Shown here in pieces: positions 1 to 11,771 of a DNA stretch of 37,656 bases. Source of the stretch: Octopus sinensis (Eukaryota); assembly GCF_006345805.1 (NCBI RefSeq), contig NW_021835487.1:1-37656 (forward strand), given 5' to 3'. A program made the translations under genes and the position numbers. Each line of letters starts with the position of its first letter. Position 1 is the first letter of the stretch. The notes under the pieces were generated by a model that was not told the origin of the DNA, did no database searches, and saw only the letters and a list, made by a program, of their open reading frames with translations.

Positions 1-1282
1 TAGAATTATCAATGACTTCCAGAACCCAATTTTTCCACTCATTCAAATTTAGAAAATGTTTGACTCCTGTAATAAAAGAGGATTCAATTGCGATAATCAT
101 ATCTTCCTCGCAGTTACACGTCCATTTCATTTGACTCTAAAAATCGAAGTTAATATTTACTCGAATATTGGAAAAGTCTATCTTAGTAATCTCTCTCATC
201 ATACTTTCATTTCCTTTGTCGTTCTCTCTAATTTGACTCAAGTTTTTGGATAAAATTTGCAACGATAAACGAATTTTATAAAAATGTACAAAAGTGGAGG
301 CAACGCCAGACTAATTTAGTAAATAAACAGTTTCATTTTACTTTAATGGCTGTAAGAATGGAATTAGACCGACATTCTACAATAGATTTGCTTTTTTCCT
401 CGACATTTATGATAAAACTGTCAAATTCGTCAACAGGCACTACTAAAAATATTAATAAATTGTTGCCCGATGTAAAGTCGTCGGGAACACACATATCAAG
501 CAAATGTTGAAAGAATATACAATCAGTTTGGAATAAAAAAGAAAGAATAGAGTTCTGTTTAATTAGACAATTCAACTCAACTTTTCCCAATCTATTTATT
601 ATAAATGAAACGAACTTTTTATTTTCAAACGAGAATTCTCCAAACCAAAAAACTCGCCAAGTGTCAAAGACTGCTTGAAACTGCCGATTAATAAAATACT
701 CATAGGATTTCTAAAATACAAATAAACAACAAAACAACGGCTAAGTTATTTTTATATAATTCTACAAAAAGAAATGCATCCTGGGAGCAATATGATGGAA
801 CCGTGATTGGTATATTAGGAAATTGACGAAATTGCGTAGAATTGGAAAAATCAAAAGTAGTTTTGTGATCTGGTGATCTAGAAATTAGGTAAAAATAAAA
901 ACTCGATTTCTTTAATATCGACTGTTTCAGAAGCAATTTTTTGGCGAATTCCGTAGTAATGGTATCTAGAATTTTTCCTAGTGAGTAATCATAAAAAAGT
1001 AACTGCGTGCCTATTTTCCTTATCGAACTAGGAAAGAAAATTTTTCGCAAAATCTTTCCCAAAGTTGCTTGATCCAATGCACTTTCCCTCTTCTGCATCT
1101 TGCATTCGTTCTGATACATAAGGTAAATTGTTCTACGAGCTATGGAAAATCCCTCAGAATATTCAAAATTATCGATAAGCCATTTAGTCTAGGAAATAAA
1201 TAAATCTATAATTTACCGCTTCTTCAATACTACGCTTATGATCTGTCGAATGGTCAGAAATTTTGAAATTAGAGTATTTCAT
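1..1282 (-). CDS. RFX: RFX-family winged-helix transcription factor (RFX1/2/3, daf-19-like), multi-exon, 3' end outside the window
   Basis: ATG at 1282. Removing short GT-AG introns (e.g. 978-1003) gives WLIDNFEYSEGFSIARRTIYLMYQNECK...DQATLGKILRKIF...RKIGTQKNSRYHYYGIRQK, a complete RFX DNA-binding domain. Downstream SQMKWTCNCEEDMI...LNEWKNWVLEVI resembles the RFX C-terminal conserved/dimerisation region. No frameshift is needed. Confidence 0.9.
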
Positions 1283-2248
1283 ATTGGCCAAAGTCTTTGT
1301 GAATAATAAAATAATAGTTTACAAGAGTAGGAAATGTCTGATTTACGTCATCTTCATCGCAATACGATTCACCCAATGGAAAATTGTTATATGGATGAAA
1401 ACGAGAATTAGAAGGCATCTATAGGTTTAGAAGATAATTGTACTCTATGCTGATTATTATTTGTTGGACTGGTCATGTGATAAAATTAGCAGGATTACAC
1501 TTCTAAAAAATTTGAATTAATTGAATATTTAATTTATTAAAAATTAACAAAATTTAAACTGGATCTTAGCTAATAATTTATTGAGTAATACTTATTAATT
1601 ACTGTTTATTCATAATCAAACAAAATTTAATAAAAAATTAAAAAGTTTTAAAATAAATAGACTTTTGAAGAATCCGAATGCTAGTTAACTAGTTTTTTAA
1701 TACGAATATATATTATTAAATTTTAACGATTTGTCTGTCGACTTTCTGCACAACCTTTTTTTAGACCTATCAAGAAAGGAGAAAAGTACCGCATGGATTA
1801 TCTCAAAATTTTATTTATAAATAATTCCAAGTTCACTTGCTAACAGATCCTATTTATGCATTTCCCCCACTCCGCCCTGTTTCACGTTACTCTGGTAGTA
1901 ATCCAGTCTCAGTGAGGTTAATCGTATTTCTGGTTCTGCCATAAATTTGATCTTCGTGGTTTTCCTAATTTCGAATTTGTAAATTAAAAAAAATATATTT
2001 GTAATTTTTATCGAATGAAAAAAACGAATGTATAATTATTTGTTTAAATGATTGAAATCGTTGACAATGTATCGCCCAGAGCTACGGCCCGTAATGCGCT
2101 TCTTAGTTTTGAACGCCAGTAAAAAGAAAACTTAAAAGATAAGAGAGACTTATTCATGCCACAATTCGAAATAAGTTAGAATAACTAGCCTACTTGTTAT
2201 TTCTTGCTCTCAAAAAATGGTGTTGTTGACACAAGCGAAAGCTTAGGC

Positions 2249-2270
2249 CAGGGGTGGCCAACCAGTCGAT
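2249..2270 (+). mobile_element. Possible hAT-type transposon terminus remnant
   Basis: CAGGGGTGGCCAACCAGTCGAT resembles hAT/Buster left ends (recalled motif). No matching right end was found. Confidence 0.25.
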
Positions 2271-2989
2271 TGCTTTTGAATAATTATTTATTTATTTTGC
2301 ATTTCAATCGAGGCGCATTTCTTTGTCGATCGCCTTTGATATATAAATTGCTAATTATATTTTTGAGTCGCAACAAAACCATATAAATTTAATGCCAAAT
2401 GGGAAGAAGACTATACGATGCACATGTATGATATGCACTAAAATCATTTCATTCCTTAAAAGTTCATCTTTTTCGGCATTTTAATTCACTAAATCCCGAG
2501 TTCAACTAAGACTTTCCCTTAAATTCCAAATTAAGAAAAGAGAAAGTTGAATAATTAAGAAGATTTTTTTCACAACATAAAATTTTAAAAGACTTTATTA
2601 ATTCGTCCAGATCCGCAACAATTGTATCATTGAGACTGACACGTGTCCTAGTAAAGCACAAAAAACCTGATGGAGAAATTTAAAAATTTTGTTTTTGAAA
2701 GCTGCTGATTCAAGAAAAATTGAGATAGAAATTATAAATCTAAAAAATGACCTCATTTTCAAATCATATTCAAATGTCAACATGTGGAGATTTATGTCTT
2801 CAGAAAAATATCAACGAATTCTTTCATGCTTTCGAAGCAATATTTATCCTATGCCTAGCAGTCATCATAAAAATACTTAAGAGTACAACATAATAAAATC
2901 TATCTTCAAAGGACAAAAACTGAATATATCAGCTTCTTGGAAGTATAAACTAAAAAAGAAGACTAAAAAATTCGTTTTAATAGACGGAT

Positions 2990-3270
2990 AGCTTCATCAT
3001 TAACATTTATTATCTAATCACAGGCTTGTTATTGCCTCAACCAACATACAGGAGATGCGGAAAATTGCAAAAAAGAGGCTGAAAAATTAAATAACATTTT
3101 CATTGCCCTTGTAGATATTTACAGTCTGATAACGGGATAGAATTCAAAAATCTTCACATTTTAATTTATATGGCCTCGAATGATAAAAAAGAATGGATTG
3201 AACACATTTGAAAGGCTGTATTTTTGTAGAATCAGGGAGCTTATTTATCCACCTGTAAATTGCATTTTTT
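2990..3270 (+). pseudogene. Degenerate DDE integrase remnant (Ginger/retroviral-type rve core)
   Basis: QSDNGIEFKN at 3122-3151 matches the rve QSDNGxEF motif. Flanking frames are broken by stops and shifts. Confidence 0.4.
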
Positions 3271-3752
3271 TATTTTCTAGGGATTATTCCATTTTACACT
3301 GTTGTTGAATCAGATGTTGAGAAAAATCCAAAAAGTTCTGATATACAAGAAATTGAAGTTTTAGAAAACCCCGACATTTATAATAAAGGTTTTTTATTGT
3401 TATTTATTAGTAAAGATGGTGAGTACCTGTTTAATTTTGAAAGAGTGAATTTGCAGTTTTCATATTATAGAAGAATGAATAGGAAGATGCGAGTCCATCG
3501 ATTAAAATATGACTTAGATGTTGGAGATATTGTATTTTATTTTTAATTACTTGAAGGTTCGTATAAAAAGATTATGGGAAGAATTCTTCTCTTCGTTTAA
3601 AAAAATTTCAGCATCCGTATGGGGATCTAGTAACTATTGTCGAGAAATTGTCTAACAATTTTGTCAAAGCCGAAAATAGTGCTGGGGTTATTAAGAAGGT
3701 TCATTCAAGGCGACTAAAAAAATTTAAGACGACTCTAAATAATAGTTAATTA

Positions 3753-3834
3753 TTGTCGTGTCTTATATCGTCCGGGCAGTTTATATCGTCCGGGGTGATG
3801 ATCTACATTAATCATCTTTAATCATTTGTTAAAC
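3753..3834 (+). repeat. Left arm of an 82-nt inverted repeat (partner 11772-11853)
   Basis: Reverse complement of 11772-11853 with 5 mismatches, all in the outer ~26 nt. Contains a tandem TTATATCGTCCGGG sub-repeat. Confidence 0.9.
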
Positions 3835-3980
3835 TTATGATTTTTATTGATTTAACTGAAAATCTTACGGAATTAATTAAAAAAATATTTATTTATTTTA
3901 ATTTATTATTATTGTTTTATCATTAAACGTTTCCGTTTTCTTGTCTGATGGTTAGGATACTAAAAATTGAGTCGGAAAAT

Positions 3981-4007
3981 CTAGGGTTAGGGTTAGGGCT
4001 AGGGTTA
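3981..4007 (+). repeat. Short interstitial telomere-like tract (TTAGGG/CTAGGG)
   Basis: CTAGGGTTAGGGTTAGGGCTAGGGTTA read directly from the sequence. Confidence 0.85.
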
Positions 4008-4425
4008 TGCGCTAAAATTAACGATTTAGAAACCGGGGAAGAAATTAAAATTAGCAAATCAAGAATAAAAAAATTATAAAAATAACTTTAATTTTGAATT
4101 AATCTGTTTTTTTAATTCTCTTCTTTCCATATTTCTTCAAGTAATTTAACGGCAGTATGTTGTCCCCCTCCTCTATATTTGTTTCTTCATAATAAAATAA
4201 TTCATAGGTTTATATTTTTAAATCAGAACTGAATGATCGAAGTTTATTCATAAGAACCGTCTTTAAATAATATATATAAAGACTTTAAAAAATTTATTAA
4301 ATTTATTGTTATACGAAATTTAACTTTTAAAATTTTTAGAAATACAATTCTGCAGCATTTAGAGTAAAGTTAAAAATACAATTTTTTTAGAAAATTCAAA
4401 ACAATATAATATTTTCGGATTTTTG

Positions 4426-5208
4426 CCCGCGATCATATATAAGTACGAAATGTCAACTAGATTACTCACAAAATTTGGAGAAATTAGAAAAAAGCATTAT
4501 AGAAGTAACAAAAACAAAAAAGGATACGAAGCTTTTACTGGATTTGGTGGCGATTCTAAGAAAAGGGATCAGCCACCAAAAAAATCAAAAAAATCAGAAG
4601 TAATCAGGATAACCCTGATCAATGCCCGCTCTCTTAGAAAGCGGGCCTCAGAGCTGACTGCATTGGTCAGCACAGTGTGTATGGATGTTTTGATAGTAAA
4701 TGAGACAAAGATCAAGAAGGGTAGTTCCTTTAAACTCAATGGATTTTCATCAATTGATATTCCATGGAAGGATGGTTCTATTTCTGGAACTGGAACTTCA
4801 ATTTATTATAGAACTAATTTGAAGACAAAGAGGGCTAGAATTATTGAAGAAGATGTATGTGAACTAGTCAGCGTTCAAATACAAACAAATATTGGATGGA
4901 TAACAATTGGAGGTATTTATTCGAAGAAATTACGTGAATACCCATGGATTATTGATGAATTCTTTAACAAAAACGTGAATCCGATTTTGGGGGGTTTGAA
5001 CTCGAAGCATGTTGATTACGGGTGTGTTACAACAAATCAAGATGGAAAATGTCTTGTAAAGTGGATGAAATCAGGAGAACTGAAAATATTGACGTCGGCA
5101 GAAATAAATCACTATGCAACTTATAGTGGTGATAGACTTGGACTGTTCATAATGCCTCAAAAGATGAGTGAAATGTGCAAATACTGGAGATATAAAAAAA
5201 AAACTCTG
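4426..5208 (+). mobile_element. Defective Jockey/I-group-like LINE ('LINE-B') copy 1: AP-endonuclease portion, 3'-truncated
   Basis: APE motifs ITLINARSL, VNETK and GGLNSKH (GDxN Asp changed to Gly). Identical to 10757-11154 over the shared parts. Confidence 0.85.
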
Positions 5209-5739
5209 ATTACTTGAACTTGAACACATTATAATTTTTTCAAAACATATCATGCTATATTTTTAAAAAATCTATTGTTTTTTGATTACAAAATTATATT
5301 GAATTTGATTATTCATCTTCGAAAAAGAAATTATATATTAATTAAATAGATTTCAAGAGGTTATTCATGAAATATTTTAGAACACATTATTAACACATCT
5401 AACATGTTTATTAAATATAATTAATAATTTTCAGATCAAATTTGTTTTAATGAAAATACTTGAGATTACTATCAAAATTGGAACCATGCTGAGCAAATTG
5501 GCATACTTGTATAATATATAATTATTTTCATGTACTTATACAATGTCAATCAAAAATATTTAATATATCGTTTGATTATTTATTTCACAACAAAGTAAAA
5601 CTAAAAATTAAAGAGTTTCACGATTTCACTATTCCACGATTTATAATAATTAAAAAATTTATGAAACATACAAATAAATAGTAAAAAATTATTTATAATA
5701 AAATTAAAAAAGGGAATTGCGGCGACATCCAAAGCACTC

Positions 5740-6600
5740 TTGATAAGGTCATTTACATAAGCAATGAGTCTACACAATAAGGCATGCAGATCAAAGCGAC
5801 AAAATTTTGCACCATGGTTCACATAAGCGAAGATGGAGGCGCAAACAAATTCTAGTCTTAACAGACTCATTGTCCAGAAGATTCTTAATACTTGGAAGTG
5901 GAGTGGCATTTAACCAGAAAGCGCTGTTAGGACGACAGGTCGTCTCAAAGCAGGTCAAACGATGTTGATCGATGGATGTAAGGAACAACTTGAGGACCCC
6001 CAATAATGACTCAGATGACACGTAATGTTCAAAATCAGTTGAGAGAACCGTGGTCATGAGTTTCTGGTATGAAGAAGGTGACGAAAAATACGCAGGCAGT
6101 ATGACATCATTCGGGCACTGGAGTTCGAGATGTCCGTAATGTATAGAGAGTGATGTTTAAATCCATCTTCAAATTCGACATTGCATATAGATTCAATCTT
6201 CGAACGAAGTAAGTTTCCAAGAGCAGTAAGAATGTCCGCATGCATAACATGGTGCGTGGGAGTACAGTAATTTGGGCAGGTCAATCAAGTTTTACGGGAG
6301 AAACAAGCCGACGTGGCTGTCTAAAGATCTAAAGCAGTTAATAAACGAATGAGTGTGGAACGTTTAATATGAAAATCAGTCTTAATAGCATTTGATAGAA
6401 TGGAGGATCCGGAGATCGATGGCATCAGTCGTGAGTACTTAGCCAATACCAGTGCAGAGAAAAGGATAGTAGATGACCAAAGCGTTCATTAACAATTCCA
6501 TTTTCAGTTAAGAATTCCGGTTGCTTGGGATGAAAGCCAATCGATGTCAATCAGGAGATCGCTAACGATAGTGCGTAATCTCATTATTGGTAGCGTGCAA
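5740..6600 (-). mobile_element. Degenerate CRE-like (RLE-type) non-LTR retrotransposon fragment
   Basis: Broken frames give LPKLLYS, LGNLLRSKIESICNVEF and SAFWLNATPLPSIKNLLDNESVKTRICLRL, typical of the RT C-terminal region of animal CRE-type elements. Confidence 0.65.
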
Positions 6601-6602
6601 GC

Positions 6603-8027
6603 ATGGTGTTGTTTCCTGTGGTACAAAAAAGCAACAATACTAAAGGAGAAAAGAATGCTGCAAAACGATCTCGGAAGATGCTAATCAACAAAAATCGAAC
6701 AGGAGGCGATGTTGAACATATTCAGGTAACCGGTGAGGACGGCTGGCGTACCGTGGGGAAACCTAAACGTGTCGCTTGCCGTCCGGTCTCTAACAGTTTA
6801 GGTACTGCTAACCCGTCTCCAGAGGTGGATGCACACCAGAGGAAGACCGCTCGCGCCGGGGGTAGAATTACCTTCGGCGTTGTAGCACGACTAGAGGTCT
6901 TTCCCACCTGTGGAAAGGCCTCAGTCGTTAAAATTTTAGGGATCTTGGACTCGATACAGCCGTCTAAGCGGTATCGAGTCCTGAAGAGGGAGCCCACCCA
7001 ATTCCTGCTTGGGTGGGAGAAGTCTGAGGACTTTTTCAGTTTCGAAAGGGAGCTGGAAAAGTCCATCCCGTTCGGTCCTGGCATGCATCGGCTTGTCAGG
7101 TTCGAACGCAAGGTAGGGCAGGTAAGAGTCCTCCTCCTTGGGGTCCCCCGGGACTTTGAGGATAACGACCTTTTAGAGCACCTGCAGCGGGAGTACCCCA
7201 GTACCTCTGCCATTGCACGCTTCAAGCAAGGTTATCGGCCTCTTGAAGTGGTGGAGGTTACGCTGGGATCTCCTGCGGAAGCCGAGCGCCTCATACTGCT
7301 GGGTACGAGGGTCGGCTACGTTAGGCTTCGTGCTGTCCGGCCCCGCCCGAAAGCCACCCAATGCTTTCGGTGTCAGGGTTTCGGGCACATAAGCACGAGG
7401 TGTCCTGAGAAGGCGAAGTGCTTGACCTGCGGTGGCGAGCATGGTCGCAAGGCATGCCCCTCGCCACCTACGAAGAGGTACTGTGTCAACTGCGGTAAGT
7501 TGGGACACATTGCCAACTTCAAAGGTTGCCCCAAGTTCAAGGAGGCAACCCGAAAGGTAGGTGCGGCTGTAATCTCGAAGGTAAGTCGCGCGGCTAGCGT
7601 CGCAGTTACTGGGCCACAACCTGGCAAGCGGGCAAAGCAGTCCAAACCACCCAAGACTGCTTCGGTGGCGAGGCCTGTGAAGCCTGCAAGCCACATTGCG
7701 AGCGGTCGGTACCACCTTCGCCGACAAAGTCGGCTGAGCCGCTAATAACATCCGAGTCAGTTCGGATGCCGAAGCGTGCTAAGCCTTCCGAGTGGGCTAC
7801 AGGTGATACCGCCCAGCAAAACCTAGGGGGGAAAAGGCGTCCTCCATACGTGGAAATGCCACCGCACTCCCCCTGGCGAGCGTGCTCCCCAGGACAGTGT
7901 TAGTCCTGCGGTGGAGTTGTGTGTGCGCCTACTAAAATTATGTAGGGCGACGAAGTGCAGTGTAGCAGATATGCTACATTGCAACATGGCTGAGGCCAAG
8001 AAGATCCTTGGCGAGGAACCGACATGA
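6603..8027 (+). CDS. LINE-A ORF1 (gag-like, three zinc knuckles); apparent frameshift near 7700-7745
   Basis: CFRCQGFGHISTRC, CLTCGGEHGRKAC and CVNCGKLGHIANFKGC. A downstream frame ends at TGA 8025-8027, overlapping the ORF2 ATG. Confidence 0.8.
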
Positions 8028-10636
8028 TGCTCAACATTATATCGGTGAACGCGCGCTCCTTATCCGGTAAAGGAGACGCGGTTCAGAGGATGTTGGCCAC
8101 CACGAGTGCGGACATTCTGGTGGTCAACGAAACGAAGGTAAAGGGGGGTCCGTACGTAGTTGATGGCTACAACTGTTGTCACATACCCTGGAAACAGGGG
8201 TCAATATGTGGCACGGGAACTAGCCTCTTCTACAAGCCGTACCTCGCCTTGCAAAGTTCAGGTTTATGTTCTTGTAGCCTATGCGAATTCCTTCAAGTAA
8301 GGATTCGTATAGGTAACCTTACATTTTACCTAGGGGCGATGTATTCGAAGAACTTTACGGCGTGTTCCTGGCACGTACGGGAGTTCTTTGGAAAGCATCC
8401 GAAGGCGATGGTTGTTGGAGACCTGAATGCCAAGCACATAGAGCTTGGTTTCAGGGTAACCAACGCGCATGGTTTGGCTCTGAAGACGCTGGTTGAAGAC
8501 CTCGGGCTGGAAATCCGGACTTCAAGTGAGCCAAACCACATCGATTCGCGAGGCGGACTAGACTGGCTAGGGCTTGCTCTGGTCAGTCCTGGAATACTAA
8601 ATTGGGTTAGTAAAACAATTTTATTGCCCGATATTGGAAGCGACCATCTGCCTCTATTGCACGAACTCCGCGAGCCAGTCCCTCAAAGGGTTCCGGGATA
8701 CTTCGACCTCCGGTCGGGTTCTTGGGCCAACCTGGAGAGGTTCATGGCCAGCAGGTTGCCCTCACTTCTGGTGGGGAATACCTGTGCCAATATACGTGAG
8801 TTGGAGGCGTTAGATAATTGAATCAATGGTGCCCTGACTGATTATATGCGAGATAATTTCAAACAAAACTCAGTGCAGGGTAAGTCACATTCCACGCTCC
8901 CACACCGGGTCTTAAATAAAATTAAGTTTAAGCGCCGGCTATCCAGACTACGGGACAAATGCGTTTAAGAGGAGAACCGCGTTTGGTTTCGTGGCTGGAT
9001 TAGCCGGTTTCAGAGGGAGATCAGAAGAGAAATCCGCGAACTCGAAAGTTCACGGTGGGAGCGAGCCTGCAGACGCGTAGACGCCCGCTTCCCGGACTTC
9101 TGGAAACAGTTGAAGAGCCTGTCGGGGAGAGGGGTAGCCAATTCAGTGCGCCTTAAACGCTCTGATGGAACCCTCGTTTCGGACCCGGTTGAGGTGGCTG
9201 AAATATTTTCGACCCACCTCGATAACATCTCTGGAACTGACGGAAGTCAGTTCGTGGAAACATCGTCCTTTGATACTGTCCAGCAGATATTGTCGTGGGA
9301 CAAGCGCTGCCAGCTGGGCATATCAAGGAACGATGCAGGCGATATTTCCGAAGCGGAGATTCTGGCAGCGATCTCCCGAAGTAAGAACACTGCGGCGGGT
9401 CTGGATCGGATCCCTATGGCCATCTTTAAGAAGGCCCCGCCGTTGTTGATCACCGCCTTACAGGTCTTGTTTAGCGGGAGCTTGCGACTTGGGATGATTC
9501 CCTCTAGATGGAAAGTGGCTGAGGTAATCCTTATCGGAAAACCCAGGATGCCACATGATGTCCCTGGGGGATACAGACCTATTTCCTTGCTTCCCGCTGT
9601 ATCTAAAATTTTAGAAAGGATCATGCACCGAAGGCTCCTGGAGGAGCTGACGGTGGTTGATGCCCTCCCTGAGTTCCAATGGGGCTTCAGGGAGGGTCGT
9701 TCGTGTGGAGACTGCCTATGGAAGGTGTCTTCTGAGATGAAGTGCGCCCTCCAGAAGAAGGAATGCGGTATGCTAGTTAGTCTTGACATTGAAAAGGCCT
9801 TCGACTCGGTGTGGCACGACGGCCTCCGGAGCTCCCTCGCCACGTGTGGGGTTTCTCCGTGTCTAAGGCGCTGGCTGTCGGGGTTCCTTGAATCTCGCGG
9901 ACAGGTCGTGCGGCATCAGGGGGTCTTTTCTAAAGTCAGAACAGTCCTTCGCGGGGTCCCTCAGGGCTCTGTGCTGAGTCCCACGCTTTTTAATGTCTTT
10001 ATGACATCTGCGCCCATGCCAGTCAATGCTCGTACTGAAATGGTAATTTATGCAGACGACATCATCCTCTGGGATCACTCGATGAAACCTGAGTGTGCGT
10101 GTCGTAGGCTACAGGTTGCTGTGGATGGACTTGTAAACTGGTGTGGGAGTAGGGGTCTAAAGATGCGTGCGGATAAGTGCAGTGTTCTCAAAGTCTGTAA
10201 AAGGACGAGGGGTTACACTAATTACGCTCCTAGGTTATTGCTGAACGGGTCAGCAATTGTTGCAGTTGATCAGATGACTTATTTGGGCGTGCTCTTTAAG
10301 CCGTCCGGTAAGTTTGATGATCACATTGCACGTACGAAAATGCGTGCAATGCAGCGATTAGGCGCGTTGCGTGCTTTCCGGCTGCGGAGAGGTGCTTGGC
10401 TACGTGTGTTTAACGCCATGGTGTTACCCGTGTTGACCTATGGCGTACATGCTTGGCACTTCTGTGAGGACCGAGAGAAGTACGTTGACGCGCTCAAGAA
10501 AGTCAGAAGACGAGCCATCCGGCTAGCCCATGGCTTAGGATGGCGAGTGGAGCTCACGGACACCCAGGAATTGTCCCTCAAAGGCCTCCCTGAGGTCTTA
10601 GAAAAGATAATGTCTGGGTGGCAGGTAAGACGGTAA
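8024..10636 (+). pseudogene. LINE-A ORF2, APE endonuclease plus reverse transcriptase, one frame with two in-frame stops
   Basis: SVNARSL, VNETK, GDLNAKH, SDHLP (APE). YRPISLL, QWGFR, LDIEKAFDSVWH, GVPQGSVLSP, YADD, YLGV (RT). TGA at 8819-8821 and TAA near 8967. No RNase H is visible. Confidence 0.9.
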
Positions 10637-10756
10637 GTCTTAGTTTGCGGCTGAGAGGCGAGCGTGTGTGCGGGACTGAAAAGGCAGAAATGCCGAAGGT
10701 CTTAATTATACCCTCACTAACAGCCTTTTATTTTAAAATAAATTTTTTCCTTCCTT

Positions 10757-11690
10757 CCCGCGATCATATATAAGTACGAAATGTCAACTAGATTACTCAC
10801 AAAATTTGGAGAAATTAGAAAAAAGCATTATAGAAGTAACAAAAACAAAAAAGGATACGAAGCTTTTACTGGATTTGGTGGCGATTCTAAGAAAAGGAAT
10901 TCTGATGAATTCTTTAACAAAAACGTGAATCCGATTTTGGGGGGTTTGAACTCGAAGCATGTTGATTACGGGTGTGTTACAACAAATCAAGATGGAAAAT
11001 GTCTTGTAAAGTGGATGAAATCAGGAGAACTGAAAATATTGACGTCGGCAGAAATAAATCACTATGCAACTTATAGTGGTGATAGACTTGGACTGTTCAT
11101 AATGCCTCAAAAGATGAGTGAAATGTGCAAATACTGGAGATATAAAAAAAAACTCTGGAAAATTGGAGTATCTCGGAGTATCGATAGACCGAAGAGGATC
11201 TTTTAAAGATCATATCAAAACACGAAGAGAGAAAGCTACAGGAATGTTGAAATCCTTAACTCGATTTCATTTGGAGCCTGAAACTTTCCTTTTTGTGTAT
11301 TCTACATGTATTGAGCCATTCTTGATATATGGCTATCAAGGATGGTATAGGTCCGAAGAAAGTAGCATTTTTGTGAAAAAGTTGGAAAAGACCAGAAGAT
11401 TTGCTATTAAATTGGCATTTGGATTGAACTTAAATTCAAAAATCGAAGATGCTTATGACGCTAAAGTCAGAAAGATAGAAGATTTGTTACGTCACTTATG
11501 GAAATTATGATGTAATTCTTTAGGGTATATGCGAAGAAGAGACATGTGGTGTCTCATAAAATGACCCTATACAATGAAATCAAACCCACTTTAATTAGTT
11601 TCTTGTTCTGTTCTTGGCTTTCTTCCTAACTTTAATTAATGGGTTTGTTGGGAAATAAAACTTGTCTTGTCTTGATCATATATAGTTTTG
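10757..11690 (+). mobile_element. LINE-B copy 2: same 5' start as copy 1, about 390-nt APE deletion, RT core missing, RT C-terminus and 3' UTR kept
   Basis: Identical to 4426-4566 and about 4953-5208. Continues into LEYLGVSIDRRGSFKDHI...AIKLAFGL (stop 11510), which is homologous to the LINE-A C-terminus. Confidence 0.85.
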
Positions 11691-11771
11691 GTAAGATACC
11701 TTCCATTACTATGTTCTGAACTCTGTGTTCTTTTTTTATTTGTATTCATCTTTGTCGTTCGTGTCAAAGAT

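Larger units (their letters stand above)
6603..10756 (+). mobile_element. Near-complete Jockey/I-group-like non-LTR retrotransposon ('LINE-A'), GC-rich
   Basis: Gag-like ORF1 followed by an APE-RT ORF2 overlapping at ATGA (8024-8027), then a short 3' UTR and a T/C-rich tail. Confidence 0.9.

Noticed and set aside
960-1010. Apparently divergent RFX recognition wing (GTQLLFYDY)
   Set aside because: An artefact of reading through a 26-nt intron; the spliced sequence is canonical.
1860-1960. Possible snRNA (short U4/U5-like words)
   Set aside because: Only short matches; no U5 loop I or convincing Sm site and structure.
3981-4007. True chromosome end
   Set aside because: Only 4.5 units, with genes on both sides.
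6722-10078. Long antisense or overlapping ORFs within LINE-A (e.g. 6722-7225, 7173-7751, 9247-9843)
   Set aside because: These are shadow ORFs expected in GC-rich coding DNA, with no recognisable motifs.
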